A stretch of 63,622 bases of DNA, filler included, from Hyphochytrium catenoides (taxonomy: Eukaryota; Protista; Hyphochytriomycota), in assembly GCA_900088475.1 (NCBI GenBank). It is 6 parts of 6 records of this genome, joined end to end, with 100 filler letters (N's around TTAATTAATTAA, not from the genome) between each part and the next. Parts side by side here need not be neighbours in the genome. Positions count along the whole stretch, not along the records: positions 32,070 to 62,505 come from FLMG01001738.1; 5 more parts are not named here. One strand, written 5' to 3'. The notes under the pieces were generated by a model. That model was not told where the DNA came from. It searched no databases and saw nothing but the letters and a program-made list of their open reading frames with translations. A program made the position numbers and the translations under genes. Of the stretch, positions 49,101 to 60,500 are shown in pieces. Numbering within the stretch: position 1 is the first letter of the stretch; every line of letters begins with the position of its first letter.

Positions 49101-50527
49101 TCACCAAGACGAGACTGTGATGCAAGCGTGTAACGGCCCTTCGCTCAATGTAACACCTTAGATGTTGAGCAGNNNNNNNNNNNNNNNNNCAGCCCCCACC
49201 TTCTTGTAGCGTTTCTCTCTCTTCTTTCTTTCTCTCCTGCTCTCACTTCTCCCTCTCAACTCTCTCTCTCTTCTTCCTCTTGACTCTGGCTTTTCACTCT
49301 GGGCTTCCTCTGTAGTGCCTTTCTCTCTCAACTTATGCCCTCTCACTCTTCCTTCCCTCTACTCTCTCTATCATCTCGGTCTTTCTTCTGTTATTCCTCG
49401 CTCTCTCTCTCTTCTCTCTCTCTCCCTCCTCTCTTCTCTCCCTCTCTCTCCCCTCCACAGGCACAGGGCTGGCATAAGATGTGCAATCTGGCCTCTCCAC
49501 CTCCTTTCGGACTTGCTCTTTGCTTGTTTTTGCGTGCGAGAGCGCTTGCTATGCTCTTCTCTCTTTTCCGGTCTGTTGTCTCCCACGCATCGCAGCTCTT
49601 TCTCCTTTTATCTCCTCTCTCTTTCTCTCACTCTCTTCCCATGCCGCGAACCGTAGTCTCTCTATCTTCTTCCTCATCATAACCTGTCAGGCTCTGTCTT
49701 TTCTCTTCTTTTAAGGCTTCTCTATCTCACATAAACTGGGTCAAAGGATGCTGTGCATCTCTCTTTGTGGAGGCCATCAGTGGCATGCTATCAGCAGAGA
49801 AAGTTGACCGTTGTCTCATATTCGAAATCTTTCTACGGTCTCTTCCTCCCTTTTCTCTCTGTCTTCTTCTCTCCTCTGAACCACTTTCGCCCTCTTGCAG
49901 AGAGGCCACCAGTCCAGTGCATCTACGAGAAATGAGAGATACCTCTTGCTTATGTTAACGTTAGCTATGGTACTTGCGATCTCTGTCACAGCGCGGAAAA
50001 CAAGAACCTGGTTGATGATGCTGTGAGGGGAGGAGCAGTCGAGCGCTCTCAGTGGGCTGGATGACTCCAATTTGTCCTGGCAGGGCTGGCTCTCACTCTC
50101 TTACATCCTTTCTCTTCCTGCTATCGACCAAGCCCGTCTTTTGCTTCTCTCAGTAGAAGTTATCTTTGCTCTTTCTCCCGGCAAGACTTCACCATTTCCG
50201 GTGCTTTACTTCTTCGGACCGCGGTGTAGTCTCTTCCTAGGCGTACCACCCCGCGCCAGGAAGTGGAAGGATCCGGAGCGAATGGGTCTCGCCTCTCCTT
50301 AGCATACTCAGCGGCGATAGCATAAGAGGAAACGAAATTTTATAGAAAATGTGAATGCAGCAACAGCGGAGATGAGGAACGCCAGCCAACGAGTGGGAAC
50401 GCCAAAGGCTTCTTAGGGCGTTGGAGAAGAAGAGCAAAAGCGAGAGGAGTCAACGTGCTGTCATGCCAAGCGTCTCAGCAGGAGAAACTTAAGACCCAAA
50501 GCTTTCCCTAGTCTTTATTTACTCAGG

Positions 50528-53500
50528 ATGAGCGAGGCTGGTTCGCCCTCCTCCATGCCTTGTGCTCCATCATCGTCGGTAGCTTCCTCTTCCCCAAGTG
50601 TAAAGGCCAATCTGCTATCACTGCTAGAGGAGAAGCCCAAGAGTCCCATAAAGAAGCTGCTGCACAAATTTCTGGCTGTGACGCCCCTTTCAGGACCTCC
50701 CCGCCGTAAAGTGACAACGGAGGTGCCGGCAATCCCTCTCCCTCCACCCCGTGTACGACGAGATATCTGGGTTAGCATCGAGCCCTCTCGAGACTACTTT
50801 GACTCGTACGATGTGAGAGAGACAGTGGCCAAATGGATCTTTAGTCCGCGGACATTCAAGAACTACCGAAGATATCGTGCCACCACCTTTCGGCGTGTCT
50901 TTGAGAAATGCCTAGGGCTTATCTTCTTCAGCCAGATGGCCTCCCTTTGGCTAATGTTTGAGCTTCATCCCACTACCATACCTCCAACCTTCCTTTGGGT
51001 GGCTGGGACCATAACTCAGCTCGCTCTCTTTGCTCAGGTAATGAAGCCGATGTCCGTAGTCTGCTGCACCCCATCCACCTTTGTCCTGTTCCCTCTTCCA
51101 TGTCTCCCTATCATCCTGTCTCTCTTGCCCTCATTCTGCACAACGATATGTTGGTTTTTCTCTACACCCTTCTTGCTGTCTCCTTTCTCGATCCGACTAC
51201 TCCGTCCCTAAGAAGTACTTCTTCCGCTCGCTTGGTCGCTTGTTGGCCAGCGCTTGTCTTCCTGCCTCTTACTCGTTATTGGTGGGCCTTTGTCTTGCGA
51301 AAGAAACACTTACTAACTTTTGCTTTTCCCGGTGGAGCCCTCCAACCGCCTACACTTCCTCTCGTAGCTTAGCTACTAGTACATATTTTCCTAGGTGCCT
51401 GTCCTCTTCTCTATCCTTGTCGCTAATTAATTTCGTTTTGATCCCTCTCCCCTCCTCCTTTGTCTAACTCAGTACCTCGAGTTCAACGCCCAAACGCTTA
51501 GATTACTGCTGATGGACTTTGAGGTGATATTTTTAGCCTTGCACCTAGCAATGGCCTGCCTAATTTTATGCCAGGTGATGACATCTCTACTGCTACGTCT
51601 TTTTTCTGGTTCCCCGCTTATCGTGGGTCGTGACCCAAGCTTTTTGACGAGCCCTTACCATTCGTTGAGTCTTTCTTCTCACTTAGTCAGAAAATTGCCC
51701 TCCTATAATTAGGTATCTACGTCTTTCCCCAAAAAGCCCGAATGTTCCTTTCTCTCAAAAGTGGCACCTGCTATGATTGTTAGTCGTCAGTCCTGGTTAC
51801 TTCACCACCGTCCATGTTTGGCTTCAATGGCTTATACCTCTTTCTTCGTTGGGTCGACGGTTTCCTCCCTCACTCTCTCTATTGTCGACCACTTGCGTTT
51901 CGGGTTACGTGTTATGATCAGGCCTTTGAGTGGCGGTTGGGCCACTGCTATGGAGTGTTAGGCTTCTTTGGCCTGGTTATGATCACCATTGTGGGTAGGT
52001 TGTTAGCTATTATGGTTGGCTCTAGTTAGTGCGTCTCAACAAAAGTTGAGGTCGTAGTACTACTAGAAGACCTGTTCCTCTCCATGAACCTTACTTCAGT
52101 CGCCATTTGTTCGTTGCTTAGCCCTCCTTCGGCTACTTCCTCCTGTTGTTGGAGTTGAACCATGAACTCCGTGACAAGCTTCAAGCCTCTCTTCTTCGTG
52201 ATCCCTTCACTTTCGCTGGTTACACGCAGCTTGACTGGTCTCCCCTTCCTCCCTACTTTTCTGCTTCTTAGGCGATGCCCACCCTGTGAAGGGAGTGCTG
52301 AAGTATTCTCTCCTTATGGGGTGTTGCGCTCTCTTCAGGTAATGACCGTGCTGTGGCCGACATGCTTTGGCTGATTCTTCTTAGACTTTTATACAGCTAC
52401 GCCTTCTTTAATGGGTGTCGGTTTTGTCGGTCCTTCTTATCATTAGTGGCCCCTTTGGACTACCGAATGCACGCTTTTGATCACCATGGTTGACGTTCAT
52501 TCTATCAAACCAGCCTTTGTTTGTCCTTCCTCCTGCTTCGCTCTTTTGGTCTCTTTCGTCAAGAAGCATCATAGCTTCTCAGTCGTTTCCATACAGCGAT
52601 ATGTTAAGCGTCGTTGACATCTCAGCTGATCCTATAGTGGTTGGCCTCTGACAACTGTTTTTTTTTTCTTTGTGCAATGGGGATACGTTTGCCACTCTTC
52701 ACCGCAGGATATCGTCCCTGCTGCTTTTAAATGCCTACGATGGTCTTGCGCCGATGAAGATTGCTTCAGCCTCAACAGGCATGCAGATGCCAAGAGGGGA
52801 GAAGTTCTCTTTCAAACCTCGGAGCGTGGCCGCATCCTCTCTTCTCACCATCGCTTTTTACTTGATAAAGTACATTGTGATCCTATGGCGAAGCGACAGA
52901 AACTTTCTCCTCCTGAAGAAGCCACTCGTTTACCGATGGGATGTGGCTGCTACGGAAGGAGATCCCCCAAAAGAAGAGACCTCAATATTAGGAAGTGGCA
53001 GAAGAGACGCTAGGATTATTGGGCAGCTGATAGGAGGAGAGAGAAGCCCCGTTCAAAATGTTGTCAGCGGAGAAACTTTGAAGAAGGGCATTGAAGAGTC
53101 TCGGTAAGAGTTACGGTGCTTCTATGTTTACCAGTTTAGACGGTGCCGTGTTCCTAAAAGACGATCCTCTTTAAGGGCATCCTTCTATTCAAACCATGTC
53201 TTTCGCAGTTTGCTCCCAGCCTCATTGCCAGCTGATTGATGCTCATCTTCTCCTTCTTGTGTCCTCGTTCGTATAGATTCATGAGACTCTGTCAAGTCAA
53301 GAAAGCAAAGCAAGTGATACGAAGGGAGGACCTCCTCAGTTCTCTGAACAGAACGGCTGCTATTTTCTCCTTTCTTCTCCCTATCCGCCGTGTTGTGGGC
53401 AGGCACCCTATCTTGTGTACAGCTCTCTACTTCGCCAGCTGTACAACACTCGTCTTCACTGTAGTTTACTCGCTGCCCATTTACATTACTGTCCTTTGCT

Positions 53501-54846
53501 TCGCATTGGCAGCAGTCATTTCCTTCCTCCCCTACTTTTATCTGCAGTCTATTCTTCTTCACCTGCTTTTTCGCACCTTTGACTGCTGGTACCTTGTCTT
53601 GCAAGCGATGCAAGTACTCGGCTCGATGGCATTTATGGTGGACTGGGAACCACGAAGGTAGGGTCGACTCTAACGTGGTTTTTTGTCGTTATTACCCCTT
53701 CTGTTGCACCTCGGTCAACTCGTTCATCTGTTTGCTTTTGGAAAGCGCTATAGCATTAATGGGTTTCTAATCTCTTCTTCCGTTGTTTACTGCTCGCTAT
53801 TTGGGCATGCGATCATTAAAGGCTCTAGTATCCCCCAATTTCCGCTCTACTGCATCTTGAGTTCATTCTTGGTGCCTATGCTTTATGACTTGGGCAATGG
53901 TCCCACACACATCTGCCATCTAACGCTTTTCTCGCATTGTTGTTTTTTGCCTCCATGTACCTTTTTACTCATTCGTAGGGTATTGTGCCTAGTGCTTCTC
54001 CTGATAGGAATGGGACCTGTCTTGCTTGGAGACGCTATCCTCATCCGCCGCAAGGGCATCATCACCTTCTACCTCTTGCTTGCTCTTCTCATACAGACCC
54101 TGTTTGCCCTCTATGTCCTTTTAGCGATGGGGACTGAAACAACCGAGGTTGTCTTCTCCATTGAGTTTGGAGGTGGAGGTGCAGGAGAAGGATCAGAGGT
54201 GATGGCGAACCAAAGAACCTGGTGGACACCCCCATCGATCCATATCTTCACAAGCAACATCTTCCTAGATTCCTTTCTGACACTGACTGCTTTCATGGCA
54301 AAAGTCGCCCTTTACACCTTCCAGAGACCCCAAGAGTTTGTCTGTCTCAGGGCTGATATTTGTGTCAGTAGAGCATCTTCTACGGTGGCTCCTATAGCAA
54401 TCGAAGGCGTGGGGAAGGAAGCCAAAGGACTGGTAAAGCTAGAGCAGCCAGATTTAGCCAACAAAGGCAATGACCCAGAGGTCAGCTCACTAGGTGTTCA
54501 GGATCCTCTTACCGGACCGCCATGTCCTTCACAAAGCCTACTGGTGGAGTTGCCTAGTGGCGGCGTTGGGTCTCTTTCCTCTCCTCCCAATAACCAAGTT
54601 CCTTACTTATCAACTCCCGTGGATACCGGACATAAGGGAGCGCACAAGGGCCACCGGATGGCCAAACGAAGGAGTAAGAAAGCTAGGAAGAGCAGCCAGG
54701 ATAGATTACTAGATCGTGCGGCTTCTCACGCCTCCCTCACTTCACTGAAGACTACCCGCCTCTCCCTGGCGTCAATTGCTCCCCTTTCTCCCTCCTCGGC
54801 CTCTTCTACGCCTAGAGCGGTGGCCGAAAGTAGCGGGCTGTACTAG
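50528..54846 (+). CDS. Multi-exon multipass membrane protein with two homologous TM modules
   Basis: Exon-like ORFs 50528-51040, ~51473-51573, ~51920-52000, ~52690-53105, ~53276-53657, ~53979-54846. Repeated module pattern RLLLMDFEVIFL / HLLFRTFDCWYL, and SSLLTIAFYLIKYIV / DSFLTLTAFMAKVAL. Confidence 0.6.
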
Positions 54847-55686
54847 AGAAGCCAACCGACGAGGCAAGGAGCGAAGGTCCATGCCAGTGTTGCTTGGTGA
54901 TGATGGCAAAGATCTCAAGGAAGTGCAACTGCTATCATCATGTGTTTTGCAGGCTATTGTTGGTAACATTTTCCCCACTTCCAAAACATGTCTACAAACT
55001 CAATAAGTTCTGGGCAAACAGTGATCAAGCAAGTAATCAAAATTGCTACTGTAGCCCACTCTTTCATCTGATCAAGTGAACAAAATTTCCACTGGGTGGG
55101 GAGTTATGGAAACAATGAATGTTACCCTTATTGCCTGCAATGATATTTGACAAATAATGGTGTCAATGGTGGCTGATGTGAGGAATCATGTCATCAATTT
55201 CTGAATGCAATTTTTGTTTACTGATTAGGATGCAGTTGGTGTGAGCTATTCAGAATGCAATTTGTGACCAATATTCAGGATGCAAATTATTTTCTGGATT
55301 TGGTGTGAGCTATTCAGAATGCAATTGTTCGTGTTATTTAGAATGTGAGCAGTTTCTGTTGTCAAAACGGTTCTGGTTACTGCTGCTCGCGAAACAGTTG
55401 TGGGTTTCCGAGTTGTGACCCATTATCCTGAAAGCATGAATGAAGGGTTCAATCAGTTATTGGCGGGTTTATTGGTAGTAATAATAGAAAGAGTGGTGCG
55501 TCACCCAAGCGCTTCATGGCCAACGCGGATGTTGGCTATGAAGTGGTAAAGATTAGAGAAAGAAGAAAATATATAGTCAATTCATATGAAGTTTAGTTTG
55601 TCAATTTCTTAAAACCGCTGATACGGTGAAGGGTATCACTCTTTCGTTGATAGCCGCCCCGCTTGCTGTTCTCTTTGGGGCACAAC

Positions 55687-57056
55687 TACAGTACAGGGTT
55701 GCACATCGGTATCGGTTAACCGATAATATCGGCAAATATCGGGAATATCGGTTCACTACCGAACGGCCAGCCGATAATCCGATATCAATGCCCGATACCG
55801 ATAGAACTATTCCGATACGATATCAACCGATATTAGTACTTCTCTCTTTTTCTATAAGCTCTATTCCATCCCCTTTCACCTAAAATGGAAGGGGAAACGA
55901 AACCACTACTACTAGAGTAATAAAGATCACCGTTCACCAACCATTCAATAAGGTAGAAGATGTATAGATCAATCCATGTACTATTACTACTTCTGAAAAT
56001 GCTTTAATTATCTACCAATGCCAAGAAGCAAAGAGCAGCAGATAGCGGAGACCGAGGAAACATATCTGGCCGCGGAGTAACAGAAGGGGCTAATTATAAG
56101 AAGGCGGACAAGGCTGAGTCCTTGGCACTAGCAAAGAGCATCCTGAAGACCCAAATCCAGAGTGAGATCAAGCTTTACCACAGGATGCCCAGTTTATCAC
56201 CCTCAGGGGATCCTCTGGCATGGTGGGGGGCAAACTCTACTCGTCTTCCCTATCTGGCGGGCCTAGCAAGAAAAGTCCTAGCTGTTCCTGCAACATCTGC
56301 TCCATCGGAGAGAGTATTCTCCTGCGGCAGCGTAGCAACACGGTAGATAAAACGAGAGCTAGACTAGCAGGGCACAAAGTAGCTGTCTTGAAGTACTTGG
56401 GTGCCACCTGGAGATTTGTAGAAGAAGAAGGATTGTTGAAAGACGCATCAACTGTACCACGGGGAGAAGCAGAGAAAATTTATGAGAGCGAGCAGAAGCC
56501 TAAAAAGTGTAGCGAGGATCAGCTGGTCGAAGTTTTAGATTAATAGTAAGAAACCATTTCTACGTCTACAATGAATATGAGGCCTTAGGGGACAGTGTCA
56601 GAGCGACTCTTGAGTAAAAAAATATAAGTCTTTCTTATTCTCCTCCGTCCCATGATGGTGGGCTTGATAATAATCATGATTTTCTTTCTCCAAAAAGAAC
56701 CAATCCAGAAGCTTCCTAACAACGAAAGAGTTCAGCTTGACGATGATGCTACCAGCGGTGAAGAACATAATGATAATAATAATAGAGCCATATCTGCCTC
56801 ACGGTGTTGCGTCTTTCTGCCATCTAGTAGTATCTTGTGGAGATCTGCAACCATCAACGAAGAATGAAGCAGCACACAACGAAGTGAGTGGGAGGGAATA
56901 GTTATTCCACGTCAAATTTGGCGATATCGGTTAGCCGACACAGCCGATATATCGGTATATCGGCACCCTACCGATATTACCGATATCTCCCGATATATCG
57001 GTGCCACTTTTACCGATCTTTCCGCTATCGGTAAATCCAACCGATATACAACCCTA
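55687..57056. mobile_element. Internally deleted hAT DNA transposon (~1.37 kb)
   Basis: Imperfect TIRs CAGGGTTGCACATCGG (55694) / CCGATATACAACCCTA (57056); 8-bp TSD GGCACAAC at 55679-55686 and 57057-57064; dense subterminal CCGATA/TATCGG repeats at both ends. Confidence 0.9.
56122..56543 (+). pseudogene. hAT transposase C-terminal dimerisation-domain remnant (frameshifted)
   Basis: EIKLY...DPLAWW...RLPYLAGLARKVLAVPATSAPSERVFSCG followed, in another frame, by VDKTRARL; this is the Dimer_Tnp_hAT signature. Confidence 0.9.
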
Positions 57057-57564
57057 GGCACAACACCGCGAGATTCTCTACGGATGTGACGTCTCATAAG
57101 AGTCATAAGAGTGTTTGGTTCCCAGAGACTGCTAACCGGTATTTTGTGCTCTAGGTTCAATTTCTTACCGTAATTCATTTCTGAGAATTCGCTGTGGGCG
57201 TCCAGTAGTTGATGGATCTTCTTTTTGAATTCCTCTTTTGGTGTCAATGTCTCGATTTCTTTGATGCTGTAGGCAGTGCCGTGCTCAGCGCATCTTGCTT
57301 GAATACCTGTGCACCAGTTATGCCACATCTTGGTGCGTTGGGAGTCGTCAGAGTACTCGTCAGTCCGGACCAAGCCCTGCCACTTCTCGTCACAATGTTG
57401 ATGTGAACAGATCACTGTCTCCTGTTCTTTGCGAGCGAAATGTTGTAACCTCTTGTGAAGGTGATGGGATTTGTTGAACGTCTGTTGGCAGTAGCCCTGT
57501 TTGTGGATGTGTAAATGGTTGTAGTATCGGTCAAACTTCTCAGGACTGCCGGTGCGAGCACAGA

Positions 57565-60500
57565 TTATGCACGTTGGTGTCTCGAGAGACAATGCTGATA
57601 AGACCAGTATACGATGTCGTCTATGGTATTGCGAACCATGTCTTTCTGAAGTCCACTCCGTGAGCAATGCGCACAGAAAACTAGTCGTTCTGTCGTACAG
57701 CGCAGCTCGTTGTCGCAGTTATGTTTGCAACCGCGGAAGAAACCGTGTGGTTTGCTATGTGTCGGGGTTATCCAATACCTCTTCCGATCACACATTGTCA
57801 GTGTTTTGAACTCGCGCCGAGTCTCCATTGTTACGCCACCACTTGTCTGGTGGTAGCACTTCTTAAAGAGTGTATTGTCAACTGATAACTGTGCGAGCTC
57901 ACGGTATGTTTGCAGGAACTGTTCGTGTGTTGTCTTCAGGTGTGCTTTGTTGACACCTTTGGCCTTCCGACAGTCTGTGCCGCTACAAAGACCATAGATC
58001 GAAGCTTTGGACCCAATGCCACGAATTCGGAATTCTCAGATTCTAGTTTAAACTTGCCAGGAGTGATATCATTCTTGTCCTTGGCAAAGAATTGGTCCCT
58101 TAGAGGATCACTGAACTTGCTCAGGAAGTCTTCGTAGGAGTCTGCCTTGACGTTAATAAAAGCTGAATCGGTATCCGTGTAGAGCAGTTCGAGGTCTTCC
58201 CTTGAGTATGTCTTCCATAGACAATTGTAAATAAAATCATAGAGTAATAGTTTAGCCATCCATAAGATACCGGAGCCCAAGTACCTGGGCGTTTTCAAGG
58301 TCACTGAAGCTCTGCAGCTGACCATGAGTGATGTTGCTGATAACTGTTTAACGCCAACGATAAGCTTTCCATGAGCTCGTTTTTAGAACTCTGTTGCATC
58401 ACTCACGATGAAGTCCGTCGTGTATTTTGACTCGTCATGTAAGCTCTTACCATAGACCGAGTTCTGGATGAGCTTGTAGTCCTCTTTAAGCGTCTGGCCC
58501 TTTTGGATCAAGTCTTCGTTGTGTTCACGTTCTCCTTCGACGATCATGTCTTGGGCCTCACGTCGTTTCTGAGTGTAATAGTCGATGAATTCTTTGTAGA
58601 CGATCTCAAATCGCATGGGGAGAATCTTCTTGACTCTCGAAAGAGTTACCATGTCATTCGCAAGCAGGAACAAGAGCGCATATGCAGGTAAAACATAGTC
58701 TGGTGCCGGTTTTAGACTTAGCATCAATCTGTCTTCTCCGGCATTGGGTTTCTTATTGATTGCTCTTTGGACACGATTGCCGAAAGGGCCAAGATTATCT
58801 GGTGGTCGCTCCTTCCTGGGTAAGACAGGAAATGTCAGCCGTTCTTCCTGTTCCTCAGTGTAGAACAGATCGCACTGGACCATACTTGACATCAAAGTGC
58901 CAGCGTCATTGAGCTCATTGTTGACTTTCCCAGTCGTTTCTTCATACATGAGCTTGCGTAGGAGGTCCTTCGCTCGGGTCGTCTTGCTAATCGGATGATC
59001 TTTTGCTTGTAAGCGCTGCACTGCTTGGGATCCTCTACGAACTCACATACTGCTTGCCCTTTGTCATCGGTTGGAAATACCAAGAGAGGTCTTGCCATTG
59101 CCCAAGGATGCATGGAATTTGCATATAAAGAATAGATCTTGCGGAACTTCGTTGCCTTCGAGTAATGGTTTAGAACAGTAGTTAGCCCTCCGTAGATTGA
59201 TTCGTTTATGAACATTGATGCTTTTCATTTGGGATGGTGTGAACGGTAGTTCTCCTATATGAGCTCTTGAACACGTTGTCTCCAAGTTGTGAAATAGTTA
59301 GATAGTTGAGGACTTCGAGACCCGTGTCTTTGAAGACGGTAGCTCGATAATTGGCGACCGCATCCATAAGTAATTCGACGTCACGGAGACAGTAGTTTTC
59401 GGTGTACGCCTTAAGGTTTGGCTCTGGCAATGAGTTCCACACTTTGAGAGCCTCCGCTTCTCGGTCGCCCCAAATGCCAGTTGGAAATGTGGACTCGTTG
59501 AACTGTACGGGATCCTTAAAGTATTCGTAGTTGAATGGTAGCTTTCCTTTGGAGACAGCATTTCTACGGCCAAACTCTTCCAGGGACCCATCACCGCTCG
59601 TTGAACACGAAAGATATGAATCTCTTGTGCTTCCGACTATAGATTCTCCACCTCAATTCCAGAATTCCTGACGCTTGGTTTACTACTCTTTCAATATTCT
59701 TCATATGGTTCAAGAGAAACGTTAAATCATAACGTGAGGAGTTATAACCCAAAATCGGGACCGTAATCTGCCTGTGAAGCAGCTCCTTTTGGAGCTTCCC
59801 ATAGATGCAATCGTGCGAACAAATGTCTTCATCGTCACACTTACAGAGGTGCTGGTATTGCGCAAGCTTTGTACTTCTTGCTTGTAGTATGTTTGTTAAC
59901 AGAATGTCCGCAACATCGTACCGCAGCCAATTGAGAAGTTCGCACCAACATCATTTTTGTTGGCACCAGAGGGTTAACTTTCGATGTGTTGGTATAGACA
60001 AACTTCTGCTTGTAAGCTCGGTCCAACGCGAGAATAGTATGGGCGTGATGAACCTGGTTGCGATCTATGATCGATTCAATGTCAAAGCAAATGTAGGTCT
60101 CATGTTGAAGTTGCTTGCCGTTGTTCAGCTCTTCGTAGACTTTGTGGACCGGAGAATACTTGAGGAGCCCCTTTGTGTACCTTGGGTTTATTTGAAGACT
60201 CCGACGGTTGTTGCAGATGTTCAAATGCTTCTGGTAGTCCTTTGGGCATTGCTGATACCTCCCAGAGCTCTTACGTTTCCACTTTTTGCCGCAGTAGAAA
60301 CATTTGGTTTGGTCTCCATAATTATGCAATTTATCAATGAATGCGAAGTGACATTCATTGTCATCAACCTGGAAACATCTAGGAAAATGTCCTCTGCCTG
60401 TTCGTGGGAGAAGATACTGCAAATGACTTCCCAGCTCTTGTTCTTTTCTTGATAGCAAATAAAAAGGTTGCAATTCGTTGCCTGGGCAAGACTCTGTAAT

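Larger units (their letters stand above)
55593..57667 (-). pseudogene. Cys/His-rich HNH endonuclease interrupted by hAT insertion and a frameshift
   Basis: ...EFSEMNYGKKLNLEHKIPVSSL (right of hAT). After a frameshift and removal of the hAT plus one TSD: TSVENLAVLC|PKENSKRGGYQ...LTN* (stop 55593-55595), i.e. H-x-I-P...N-L-x-x-L-x-x-x-x-N-x-K. Confidence 0.72.

Noticed and set aside
47100-49170. Possible decayed coding sequence
   Set aside because: Multiple stops in all frames and no motif I can support.
56912-57056. C-terminus of the 251-aa ORF (RVVYRLDLPIAE...)
   Set aside because: Read-through into the hAT right end, not part of the original protein.
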